A DNA stretch of 62,984 nucleotides, filler included, from Rozella allomycis CSF55 (lineage: Eukaryota): NCBI GenBank assembly GCA_000442015.1. It is 17 parts of 17 records of this genome, joined end to end, with 100 filler letters (N's around TTAATTAATTAA, not from the genome) between each part and the next. Parts side by side here need not be neighbours in the genome. Positions count along the whole stretch, not along the records: positions 43,823 to 59,958 come from KE561362.1; positions 60,059 to 61,606 come from KE561366.1; positions 61,707 to 62,984 come from KE561380.1; 14 more parts are not named here. The stretch is one strand, 5' to 3'. This document shows positions 51,245-62,984 of this stretch, one piece after another. Position numbers and translations under genes: made by a program. Positions within the stretch are counted from its first letter, which is position 1. Each line of letters starts with the position of its first letter. Below the pieces are notes generated by a model. It did no database searches. It was not told the DNA's origin and saw nothing but the letters and a program-made list of their open reading frames with translations.

Positions 51245-54210
51245 ATGGAAACTCTGGAACAGGCGGTCCTCTGTTCTTTGAACGCAGTTCCAGCGAGTGC
51301 CGAAATACGCCAGCAAGTAAAAGCCGATTTCTGCGATGATAGGCATATGACTATTGCGAAGATGTGAAAAAATCGCCCGAGGGGTGGAAGCTCGGCCTAG
51401 AATTATTTCTGCGGCAGCCACGCACGTAAAGCATGAGTGTTTGCATTGTTAGTGATAATATGGTTAGATTTTTCTGCCTGCAGTTGCTTGAGCATGCGAT
51501 AAAATACAAGGTTGTTTGTGGGAGCGAGTTGAGTGGGTTGAGGGGTGAGATGATGGGGTATTTGAGGAATTCGTTTGTGGGCAATCCGGAGGAGATATGT
51601 AAGTGAGATTGGTGGTTGGGATGAATTAGATGTAAAGAATAAGCTTGTGCAGGTTGTTGGGTTGATGTTTGAAGGGGAGTATTTGACGAGCTGGCCAAAC
51701 TTTTTCAAGGATATGATATATCTTGTGCAGAGTGCGAACCAGACGCATGTGTATGAGTTTTATTTGCGGCTGTGTTTGTCGATTGATGAGGAGGTTGTGA
51801 CGACTGCTGGAGGGAGGGCCGAAGAAGCTGAGGCGCATCAGAGACATACGATGTTGAAGGATCAGATGCGTGTTAATGATATGAGAGACTTGGTTGAGTC
51901 GTGGATTGGGATTATGATGTCGCATTTTGTGAGTGGGAGGAAAGAGATTGTGAATCTGTGTGTTAGATTGTTGGGACGCTATTCGTGTAAATAATATGTT
52001 GTTTGTGAGATAGATTGGGCAGATATAAATTTGATATTGAATGAGCGGGTGTTGAGAGAATTGATGGTGTATATGGATGATATGGAGTTGCAGGAGAGTG
52101 TTATTGAGTGTATTTCAATGATTGTAAGTAAGGGGATGAAGGAGGAAGATAAATTTGCGGTTATTGAGATGATTAATATACCGATGATGCTTTCAAAGAT
52201 TAAGGGGTGGGAAGATGTGGATGAAGCAATAAAGATAGCTAAATTTATAAATATTGTTGGGAGTGAGATGTGTGGATTGAGTGTGATTGGATCTTTGAAG
52301 GTGTTTTACGCGTGTCAATCATTGTTTCCATTTGCTATGAGAGCATTTTCGCATGAATATGATGATGTTGTTTGTGAGATTTTACCATTTATTTCATCAT
52401 TTCTGTATGTGTTGAAAAAGATAAAAAAGGAGAATGGAGTTGTACCTGAGCAATTGATAAGCAACGTTGAAACCATGTTCAAGATAACAATTGTTAAAAT
52501 GAAGAGGGAAATGGAGGAAGCGAGTGAAGAGGAGTTTGCAATGTTCCAAGAGTTTAGAAAATCATTGAGAGTTATTTTTGATGGATTAATTTCAGTGGAA
52601 GAAGAAGAATGTTTTATGATTTTGGAATCGTTTATTCAGAATTGTAAAGGAGGGTGGAATGAAGGTGAAGTTGTGTTTTATACACTTTTAATTTACACTG
52701 AGCGAAAGAATTTAGAAGGATTGAAGAATGACTCAAGATTGATAAATATTTTAACTTTTGTTTTGAGTATTCAAATTTCAAATCAATTTGTTTTTATTCC
52801 ATATTTTGATTTAATAAATCGGATTACAACGATTGGATTTTTTGAATTGAAGCCGGATTGTATTCAAATTGTTCTTGAACGTTTCTTTATTGAAGGGATT
52901 ATGAATCCACATCCATTTGTTTCAGAGAGAGCAATTTATCTCTTTCATAGATTTATTAAACATTTAAAGTCTAAATTGATTTTGTTTGTAGATGAAATAA
53001 TAAGAGGGTTATTACCAATTGTGCATGCTAATAGAACTGTTTCAAACTACCTTTTAGAATCACTTGGAATTTTAGTTTCATTAAAACCTTCACAAGAACA
53101 AGTCAATCTAATGAATTTAATTTTCAATCCCTTTCAAAATCAAATTTCTTCTTTAATTTCTTCAAATGATCAACAAGAAAAAATTTCAACTCTAATTTCC
53201 TACTATGGAGATTTTTCTAAAAGTAAATTTTATTCAAATCATTAGTAAAGATGTCGGTACTGTAAAAGATAATCAAGTTTTAAATTTAATAACAAATTGG
53301 ATTCAATTGTTAATAGCAACTTTAAATTCTCTTGTGGAATCTGAATCTATTAGAAAATCAACTCTCAAATCTTTTCAGAAAATAACTTTGGCTATCAATG
53401 AAGCCGCTATTCCTTTCATTCCTACAATCTTAAAACCAATTCTTATTCATTGTTCAATCCAAGAACTATCAGACATTTTCCCTATAGTTTCGCTCTTTCT
53501 AAACAAATACAAAGTAATCAAATCTTCACACTTTAATAAGAACACTTTAATTGACATTATAAATGAATTTCTACCCTTTCTAAATAGTAAAGCATTTTCC
53601 TTCATGGCCACTCCCATCGAAGGCACAGATGATCTATTCAATCTTCGCACTCTAAGAAGAAATTTTCTTTCCTTCCAAATCGCTTTAATCTCCTTTGATT
53701 TCCACATTTTATTACACAATCAATTCAATCAAACATTATCATCAACTCTAACTATTTGTCAAGACAACCAAGATCCAATAGTATTTCATTTTTATCCATT
53801 AAATTTTAGAGTCAAAAGCAAGCATTCACCTTCTTGTTAAAGGTCGTCACTCTTCTAGACTCAGTTTCAGGCGTCGATGATTTTATCATTAATCAAATCA
53901 CACCCTTAATCTACTCGGTTCCTCTTCAAAATTCATTCAACTTTGATGACGCCTCGTCAATGGCTGTTCTCTTGCAAATCTCTATCCTTCAGAAATGTAT
54001 TCTAGAAAAGAAGGGAGACAATTATGCTCAATATTTATTAAACAACTTTTTCTCCTTTAATTTTGGTCTAGATTATAATATATCCCTGGTAATTCACCCG
54101 CTTTTTAATCATAGGAATACATTCAGGCTATGAAAGCTTTAGATGCCAAAGGATTTTCAAAAGTTTTTCATAATTTCATCAAAGTTTTAAAGTCAAGAAA
54201 TACTCAATAA
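51245..54210 (+). CDS. LOS1: Exportin-T (tRNA export receptor)
   Basis: METLEQAV..IRQQ|AYDYCE, VKNKLVQV..YLTSWPNFF, SIDEEV, LKDQMR, RAIYLFHRFIK; several micro-introns including 51317-51342. Confidence 0.9.
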
Positions 54211-54672
54211 AATTTATCTAATGCATATTCTAAATCTCTCGCTATTCCAAATTCATACTTTTTTCGAATAAACAAGAGTCAATTTCAAACATATCTCCAT
54301 TAAAAATCGCTTAAATTCCTTTACTTCAAAACTAAGCTCTTCCCACTGATCTACAAACATCAAGTCTCAAGACGCCTGGAGCTTAGACAATTTAGTTTGA
54401 TATCCTTCCAGTTCATTCTATATGGGTCTTAGACTCTTAGTTAATACCCTGCTTAAGCCCTAGTATTCGATTAACTCAACATGCCAATAGTCTTTTCAAG
54501 CTCCCCTTGAGACTATAAAATGGGTAACACAAAGTACCGTCGAAGTAATTGTAAATTTATAGGTCCCGATAAGGAAGTTCTAGACTTGGCTATTTANGGC
54601 CACAAAATGTAACACTATTGAACATGTTGCAAAAAGTAAAAAAAAGCAAATTACAAACTCCTACATTATGAT

Positions 54673-55330
54673 TTATTCCAAAGTTATAACTTTCCGTTTC
54701 TTAATACACTTCGACGATGACGATTCTGTAGAATGAGTAAAGATATGCTGGGGCACAAGTTGGGTCGTAATCATGACTACCCTAGGCAATGCCATATTTT
54801 CAATCCATCCGCGAATAAAGTAATTTAAGTTCGGTTTGGCCGGAGTAGGATTTCTTAAATAAACTACCTTTATTTCTTCCATTGATGGTGTTGCACTTTT
54901 ACCACCATACAAATTATATGTTCCAATACACATCGACCCATGAACCGATGAAAACATTGTATGTACATTACATGACAGTGGCGGAATGATAATTTGAGAA
55001 TCCTCGCTTACAAAAATAAGACGCGAAGCATTTAAAATAACATTACTTTGATATCTTTGTGGACATGCTTGCACATACAAAATATCGCTTTGCAACTCTG
55101 AAAGTACTAAATTCTTGGACATAAAATTTAATAGCTATTTCATATACACAAGCTTCACCATCTTCCACTTTGGATTGGCCATTTTCATCACTAACAGCAG
55201 CATGCACCTGCACAGAAATAAATCGAGGACTTGTAACCTCTACATTATTTAATGAACATACCAGTCCTGTTACATCAAACCCAGGCACAGGCAGTTCACT
55301 AAAGTTATCTTCTTTACTTGATTTTGGCAT
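54673..55330 (-). CDS. Orphan beta-rich protein transcribed divergently from the Helitron RepHel (two ORFs, joined by an intron or frameshift)
   Basis: Overlapping ORFs of 95 and 149 aa; a 40-nt GT-AG intron at about 55008-55047 would join them in frame. Confidence 0.45.
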
Positions 55331-55431
55331 TATGAAACAACTGAAGTCTAATTTCCTATCTCTTGATATGGAGAAAAGTTAAAGTCTAATTTTTCATTTT
55401 CATTATCGTCGATAAGATATTCAAATCATAT

Positions 55432-58400
55432 ATGGAAACCTCGGATTCATGTAAAAGTATTGATGAAAATCAGCCATACAACCCTAAAAAACTGCATGTA
55501 GATTCATCATCTTTTGAAACATTTGTCAAAGAATGTGACAATGACATACCAAAGCGTTTACTGTACCCACCAACGCAAAAAATAGACGTATCAATAAATC
55601 AAATCCGACAGTACTATTTTTTAAATTTCTAATATAGATCGACGGATTCAAATAATAACAATGATAAATATTATCCATCCAAATTTTGAAAGTGGTCGTT
55701 AAAGCAAATCAAGCAGAACACAAATTGTAACGATTCGGCGTCATGTTCCACAACATTTGTTAATGAAAATTGCAATACCATACCGAATTGTTTATTGTTC
55801 CCACCAAATCCGCAAATGATGAACATATTATCAAATAAAACCAAGAAGTATGTTAATATAAACTTTAAAAAAGAACCAAAAAACGATATATAAAAGATTT
55901 GACTTCTAATAAAACAAACGTGGGCGTCATTCACGATGAATTGAAACAGGCGAGAAAAAATTTTCCTCCAACCATAACCAATGAATTTATCTTTGAAAAA
56001 ACAAAAACATTTCAAGATTCTATAAATATTAAAAACTTGTCTAAAAAAGTTTGTTGTTGTTGTCAACGCCTTTTACTTTGTAACCTTATTCGCGACATTT
56101 CATTATCGACTTTAAATAACTACAAAACAAAGCTTGCACCTTGCGAATTTCTTCTAAAATATATTGATTTTGGAACTTTTAAGTACATTTATAGTTGAAT
56201 GATAAGTATAGCAATGCACATAGTTTTCTAAATGGTCTAGTATTATACACTGACGCAATTAATCTTCATACTGAACATTTCACCACCACATTTAGAAAAA
56301 ATGACATTTGCAGAAGAAATGTTGATAGCATTTGCTATTCCACATTTCTTAAGAATATCGTTAGAAAGTATGGATGGTCGAAATACGGGTTCAAGTTTAA
56401 AAGGAAATATCATTATTTATGCGCAAGATGTTCAAACAGTTGAGACACATTTACCAAGAAAAATAGACTCCCTAATTGATTACATTGCTGTTGTATTTGT
56501 CGGGAAAACTTTTACATCAAAACATCTTAAACAAATTTTAATGGTACGTCCACAACTCGTTCTTATGTGGTTAAAGTTTTTAAAAATGAAAAATCATCTA
56601 TATTCCAAAATAGAAATACATAAAACAAATGCAGAAAATATGAATTCAAATATCGACAGAAATGGAATTCCAAATTGTCTTATTGACCATGCTACAATTT
56701 TACAAAATGATACAACTTCACTCACTAATCAATCGTCAGGATACACTCCAGGTCCGAATGATAATGATGAACATTGTGCATTTCATGTTATCTCTTCTGT
56801 CGATTTAAGTGCATCTTTATCACAAATGGAAAATTTAATTAGAATAGTTAACCAACCAATTTATGTTTCCCATCATGGCCCAGCCATTGACAAATACAAA
56901 GATGAATATATTTATGAAAAATGTTTTCCATCATTATTTCCATTTGGAATTGGGGGACCTAAAAATAATAATTTAGATCATTGGATAGAACATATTAAAG
57001 ATTATTATGTAAAAGATCGTGTGTATCAAAGACATGAACTTCTATTATTTCACATGTTTCTTGATAAACAATCTAGATCTATAAACAAAACTTTTGCAAT
57101 AATGGAAAATGTTGGTTCATATTCAAATTTATTGTCCAAAGTATCAACTTTACAACAAGATGATATTGATGAAGTAATAAATTCTTTCAATGATGGAACA
57201 TATCATGATAATGAAAATTTTAAAACAATAATGAGAGGTTTAAAACAAAGTGGCCGACATATCTATGCCTCTCCATTTGAACGTTCATATAATAGACAAA
57301 TCGCTCGTGGCATGTTAACAGCCATAGGTCTTGAATCTTTTATGCTTACTGTAAACTTCGATGACGTTCGTCATCCTCTTGTTGCTACTTTCGCTGGCAT
57401 TAACGTAGCCTTTAATGAAAACAACAGTATTATATCTCCTAACAAAACTGAAAGACGTGATATTAGTGCTAAAGACTCTTTTGCAGTAGCAGAATTTGCA
57501 AATTTTTTAATGAATCAAATGTTTTTAGATTTATTTGGCTTTAATCTTCAATTGAAAGTGCCTACTAAAAAGGGAGGGATTTTTGGTCATTTGGAACATG
57601 TACTTAGTCAATGGCACGACCAAAAACGAGGTGGACTTCACGTTCATTTTCTTGGATGGATTGCAGGATATCCAGATCCAGAAACATTACTTAAAAGAAT
57701 AACATCTGATGAGGATTTCAAAAATCGATATATTCTGTATGCCGATCAATGTTTTCAAGCTGGAACCAGAACAAGGGAAAAAATATCCAAAAACCGGAAT
57801 CTAGGTAAGGCATCGAAACAAAATATAGTTAGGATTCGATTACATTTTACCTCCTCAAATATCTGAGTTTAATAATGTGCAAGATTATATTACTCAAAAC
57901 AATGTTTATACTTCTCATATTATAGATTCCTATTTGGTAAAGTATTTTTGTTTATTACAAAACTCAAAATTTATGGAAATTAGACATTTCATTAATGAAG
58001 AAAATTATCGAAACAAACAAACTCTCAGGAAAACAGTTATTACCATTTTTATGTTACTGCGCTCAATTGGATGGACAACTAGCAGGTTTACCCATTAATC
58101 CATTACATATGATAATTTTAGGTTATGCAGGATCTGGGAAATCACACGTTCTTTTATCGATTGAAGAATACTATAAGCAAAAATGTTCGGGAGCCACACT
58201 TTTAAAAACAGCATATACCGGTTCGGCTGCATCACACATTGGAGGGGATACTCTACATCATACATTTTCTTGGGGCCATGGCAAAAGAAAAACTGTAAGT
58301 GTTTTTAAAATATAACATAAGACATCAAATGTGTACGATCAAATTTTATCGGATGAATTATGGTGTTCATTATTAACTTTATTTACTGACGAATTTAGTA

Positions 58401-59958
58401 TGCTACCCGGAATATTTATTTATCTTATGCATATTGACTGTATTGAAAACCGCAAAAGACTAATAGAAAAATCGAAAAATTCTTTCTGTGGAGGCCTAAA
58501 TACAGCTTGGTTTGGTGACTTATTTCAAATGCTACCTGTACGAAAGCCAACTTTAGCAAGAAATTCGCACGCATTATCTCACCTTAACAATCAACCAATC
58601 GAAATTAAAAGAAATTTGTTAAATACGACCTCTTCAAAGGATGAAATGGGACAAACATTGTGGCGCTCTATAGAATGGGCAGTAGAATTAACGGAGAACC
58701 ACAGATCTAAACAAGACTATGCTGACTTTCTTAAACGTTTGCGATCACTGGATATTCATCAAAGCGATATTGACAGGTTGAATGAACGAACTATTAAAAT
58801 ATTAACACAAAATGGATTTAATATCTCAGACGAACCCTGGTCGAAAGCAACTTTTATTTGCCCTAACAATACACTCAGAATGACTATTAATAATTTGAGA
58901 ATAGCTTCTGATGCAGTTAACAATCATTCAACAATTTATTGGATAAAAGCTCATGACTCATCGTCACAATATTCACCAGACACTATTACTAATATTCAAA
59001 TTCAAAATAGTCATATATCCGACACCCAAACAAGTGATTTACCTACACTTCTTCCTCTATTAATTGGCGAACAGTACATAATTTCTTCAAATATTGCAGC
59101 TGAATTGAATCTCGCGAAATGTTCCCGGTGTACTTTAGTTAACATCAAGTTTCCTGATAACACAGAATACGTAACAAGTAACCAAGATTGCATGCCGTCC
59201 AATTTACCTGAATGGATTGAAGTTGAATTAGAAAAGAATATTATTTTATCAACTACTTGGCCAGGTGTAACAGAAAACGATAATAAGACAATTGTACTGG
59301 GACCATTATCCAAATCCATTAATCTGCCATTTCAAATTGACTCCAAACATCGTCAAGTGAAGTTGATAAGAAAACAATTTCCATTGGTTCCAGCATTTGC
59401 TTTTACTATCTATAGAGCCCAAGGTCAAAGTATGTCGCACATGATAACCAATCTTTCACTTTCTAAAAGTTTTATGGAGATATATACTATACTGTCAAGA
59501 GCAAAAGAGTTTGACTCAGTATTTATTANGTCAGTTATTATTTTCACAGACGCGTCTGGGAAGCAATTGGTGAGAATGGACACCGAGTTTTTGTCTACTT
59601 CAAACATTCATGCTGTACAAAAGAAATACCCGAATGTCCCTTGGTACGTAAGCGAAGACGGTAAAACATTCGAGCGAAAACGNGACCACATTAACCTTGA
59701 ATTATTGACAAAGTATAAACCCCCAATTGATATAATCGCGGAAACAGATCGACTTCAAGAATTATCGAAAAAAACATTTAAAAACATTTGGAACATTTTT
59801 CCTAAAGAGTTAAAGACATTTTATAGTTCGTTAATTAAAGAAAAAAAATAAAATAAACAAAAAAATAGAAATGATAAATTTCCTTATTAATTAATTAATT
59901 TACTTTTACTTTTACAAGTTGGGTATGAAAAATGCTTTTCGACAACGCAACGAAGTTG
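55432..59958 (+). mobile_element. Helitron RepHel (DUF6570-like region, HUH Rep, PIF1 helicase), internally deleted
   Basis: TFAEEMLIA..LKGNIIIYAQ, CFPSLFPFGIGG, FMLTVN, QKRGGLHVH (HUH), GYAGSGKS, DEFSM, FGDLFQMLPV, QFPLVPAFAFTIYRAQGQS, YTILSR; 3' hairpin CAACGAAGTTG at the contig end. Confidence 0.92.
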
Positions 59959-60185
59959 NNNNNNNNNNNNNNNNNNNNNNNNNNNNNNNNNNNNNNNNNN
60001 NNTTAATTAATTAANNNNNNNNNNNNNNNNNNNNNNNNNNNNNNNNNNNNNNNNNNNNATCATCAACATTCCCAAAAAACCTGCTTCTCAATCTAATCGC
60101 ATTGGGGGTAACGGTGACATATTCAACATGGGGATTCATTATTTTATCTATTTACTAAATTTCCAGCACACGTGCTTAAATTGAC

Positions 60186-61606
60186 ATGTCATCTGCCGAA
60201 GAAGATAACGTCTCACCTGTTCCCCAAGCGCCTCCCTTGCCTGAGCTTAAAGTAAAATTGAATTTCAATTAAGACAGCGTGTGCTTGGCCAGCGCAAATG
60301 GCCGAAAACGCGTTCGTACATTCCCAAGGATGTATCCAAGCTAGGTTCGCGCCCATTGACTGCATTTGAAGAGATGCAAAAGAATGTGTTCAAGATGGAT
60401 GCGAATCTTGGTAATTGGAAGTTTTTATTTGGATAGATGGTCGGTACTCTTTGAGCAAGCGCGCAGTGTTGCCTAGTATAGCAGGACAGCGGGAGTCTAT
60501 GATGGAGAAGAAGCGGAAAATGGAGATGATGAAGGGTAAGTGGATTTGTTGGTTGGGATGAGAAAAGGAGGAGAAACGCGACAAGGAGAGTTTCCGGTCA
60601 GCGATGGTGAATATTATGATGGATGGGAGTGATAGCAAGGAGCAGCAGGTATGAATGTGTTTTGGAGTAGAGGAAGCAACGTTACTATTATTATATTACT
60701 AATGGGATTGATACTGATAATGTGCCTGGGATTAGTGAAGAGTGGGTTGATAATATTGTTCGATTGATACCCAAGAAGCTTGTGGAGAATAACCAGGAGT
60801 TGATGGATCGGTTGGTGAATGAGTTGGCAGAGGATTATGAGTTTAATGTGAAGAAGGCTATTGGTATGAGATGAATTATTGATTGATGTAGTTGATTTTG
60901 TGTTGAAGGATCCTAAGGAAGCCCAGGAGAGTATTGCTAAAGATCCTACTGAAGAGGAAGAGTAAATTGTTTAGATTTAATTTATAGAATGGCCAAGAAA
61001 TTGAAAAGAAAGAATTTTATGGAGACCAAAAAGTTGATTGAAAAGAATTTGATTTTTGTGAACAGAACCATATTTTCAATCTTGGAGATGGGCAGCAAGC
61101 AATTTGAAAAATTCAGTTTGATTGATTGGGAGCAGATTGTTGAAAGCAAACAAGGGAGTTTTGAGATGAGGAATTTTAAAGCTATTGTGTCTCAAAAGGT
61201 GGAAAGGGTGAGTGAAAGATTAATTCAATCGTAATGAGATATCGATTGTGTAATTGTAGATGGTATCCGTATGTGCTGAATATATTTTACCTTGATGCCA
61301 AGGAAAAGACTGGATGGACAAGTATTGATCCAGAAAAAATGGATAATTATTTTTGTTTGGTTAATTTGATATTAGCTGATCATATCCGGTCTATGCTTGT
61401 TAATACTGTTGAGCAGTATATACAAATGTTTAGTGGGGGACCCATTGAGCCTATCATATCTATTAGATTGTCACTTTTGAACAACAATGTTGTTTTTGAA
61501 CCATTGATTAGTGACATACAGAATGGATTGGAATTTATTTTTGAATTATTGACAAGTTGTGCCGAAAAGATTCAGAAATGTGAATATTTGTTATTTCAGA
61601 AGAGAG
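60186..61606 (+). CDS. DNAH7: Axonemal inner-arm dynein heavy chain N-terminus (DNAH7-like), partial
   Basis: Manual translation RYYYYITNGIDTDNV..EEWVDNIVRLIP..LAEDYEFNVKKAI|VDFVLKDP. Confidence 0.8.
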
Positions 61607-61706
61607 NNNNNNNNNNNNNNNNNNNNNNNNNNNNNNNNNNNNNNNNNNNNTTAATTAATTAANNNNNNNNNNNNNNNNNNNNNNNNNNNNNNNNNNNNNN
61701 NNNNNN

Positions 61707-62581
61707 TGTTCAGAGTTGTTCTTTCGCTTTGTATTAGCTGTATGATCATGAGAGGTAATATCTGTTGGAATTCCTGGGAAAAGTTTCAACGCAGTCATCA
61801 AAGATAGCAATGTGTCATATTCCGACAAAGGCTTACTGTTTAGAACACGCTTCACCGAGTCGGGCAATTTTGAAAATAGAAGTTCCTTCAAGTAATCGTA
61901 GCGTGGATCAGGCACAGTGAACGGGATGTCTTTTTCAATCAAAAGTTCTTGGAAACGTCCTATAAATGCAGGTACGGTCTCGCCTTGTTTATATTCAATG
62001 TTGAAAATGAGAGTCAGTGTTTTCGTTTTCCAATAAGGACTTACAAAATCCTTAAGTAGATCGTCTTTCAGCGTTTTGATATTACATTCCGGGTTTAATT
62101 CATGATGCCTCGTCAGCCATTGTGCAATACGCTCATACTCATGTGCGAAAAGTGACAGAAGTTTCTTGGCTTGGTCCGGCTTCAAGTTGTTAGCAACAAC
62201 CACTCGTTCAAATTTTTTCCAATAGACGTCCAGCTTGTCTACATCATTTTTGGTCATCTTCATGTTAGAGTATAGTTTGAACGTTTGGGCAACTTCTTTT
62301 TCCCACTTACTACGCCCTGCTCGGTCTCTATCAGCTTCGGTTCCGTTGGGGGTGGTAGGACTAGAATTGTTTCCTTCGAGCGTCTCAATAGTGCTTACAT
62401 GGTTTTGAATGCCCGTCTTTAGAGTTTCAATATGCTGCGTAAAATCGTCATACGACGGGTCTTCCGGATCGATTTCCAATTGCGCTTTAACGTAGTTCGC
62501 TAGAGCTATTCTAAGCTCCTCAACCATTTCCTTGAGTGCAGGTAATATATCAAAGGGTTGGATGATACTTTCCGATTCCAT
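61707..62581 (-). mobile_element. Retrotransposon Gag-like ORF (3' partial)
   Basis: N-terminal coiled coil, YWKKFERVV..W, and capsid MHR-like YKQGETVPAFIGRF..LFSKLP. Confidence 0.65.
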
Positions 62582-62984
62582 GGTTGGTTTGTTTACTATG
62601 GTACCCTGGTCTAATTACTAGGCATTATATGGTTTAGAGATCTGGAATTTCGGAAATACCAAGGTAGCTGCAAAAATGTTTTTTATGCAGAATTAGATAT
62701 TAAATTAATAATTTTTTAATCAAAAATGTATGAAATTTGATCAAAAGTACTATGGTCCCACCACTGTCTTCCGATGACTCGATATCAACTACCGTCATCT
62801 TCAGAAGGTGGGATAAGGGCCGTACAGTTCTTCGTACAAGCTTGACACCCATATAGCGTACAACAGTGTGAATCGTCCAACACCTGTTAGCTTTCATGCA
62901 ACCCGTTAGGGAGGCTCTCTTACTTCGATACCGATATACAACATTTGGAAAAATAATTAAAGCGATTTCCAACTTTTGATGTCC

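Noticed and set aside
54300-54597. Coding-like stretch between exportin-T and the Helitron
   Set aside because: Multiple stops and no identifiable motif
62790-62810. Hammerhead ribozyme (CTGAAGA on the minus strand)
   Set aside because: The required GAAA after stem II is absent

Overview
This window is not one locus. It is about 17 short, unlinked contigs joined by an artificial 100-nt spacer (N44-TTAATTAATTAA-N44, with stops in all six frames), so gene order only means something within a contig. The DNA is AT-rich, gene-dense and eukaryotic, with very short GT-AG introns (about 26-30 nt) and flagellar genes (DNAH7-like dynein, CFAP54-like, enkurin domain). This points to a zoosporic early-diverging fungus such as Rozella/Cryptomycota or a chytrid (inference). 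Housekeeping genes: ESF1, HEATR5/LAA1, PEX2, malonyl-CoA decarboxylase, makorin, MetRS, KGD1, UTP11, CTF4, a DENN GEF, an RBR ligase, DNAJC9, a Cu P1B-ATPase, BZZ1, HemK and exportin-T. Mobile DNA: a Ty3/gypsy gag-pol, copia and LINE fragments, a deleted Helitron and an orphan gag. Best leads: (1) a bacterial-type CoA-disulfide/persulfide reductase-rhodanese fusion next to PEX2; (2) a RuvC/Ydc2-type resolvase with a SUMO-interacting N-terminus in place of a mitochondrial presequence; (3) a Cu-ATPase with DKTNT instead of DKTGT; (4) two orphan secreted Cys-rich paralogs sharing an upstream E-box; (5) a kb-scale sawtooth GC skew; (6) a GC-rich multi-hairpin ncRNA candidate; (7) a divergent orphan gene at the Helitron 5' end. 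There are also clear assembly or amplification artefacts. No new multi-gene system can be established from the sequence alone. All family assignments come from motif recall, not database searches.
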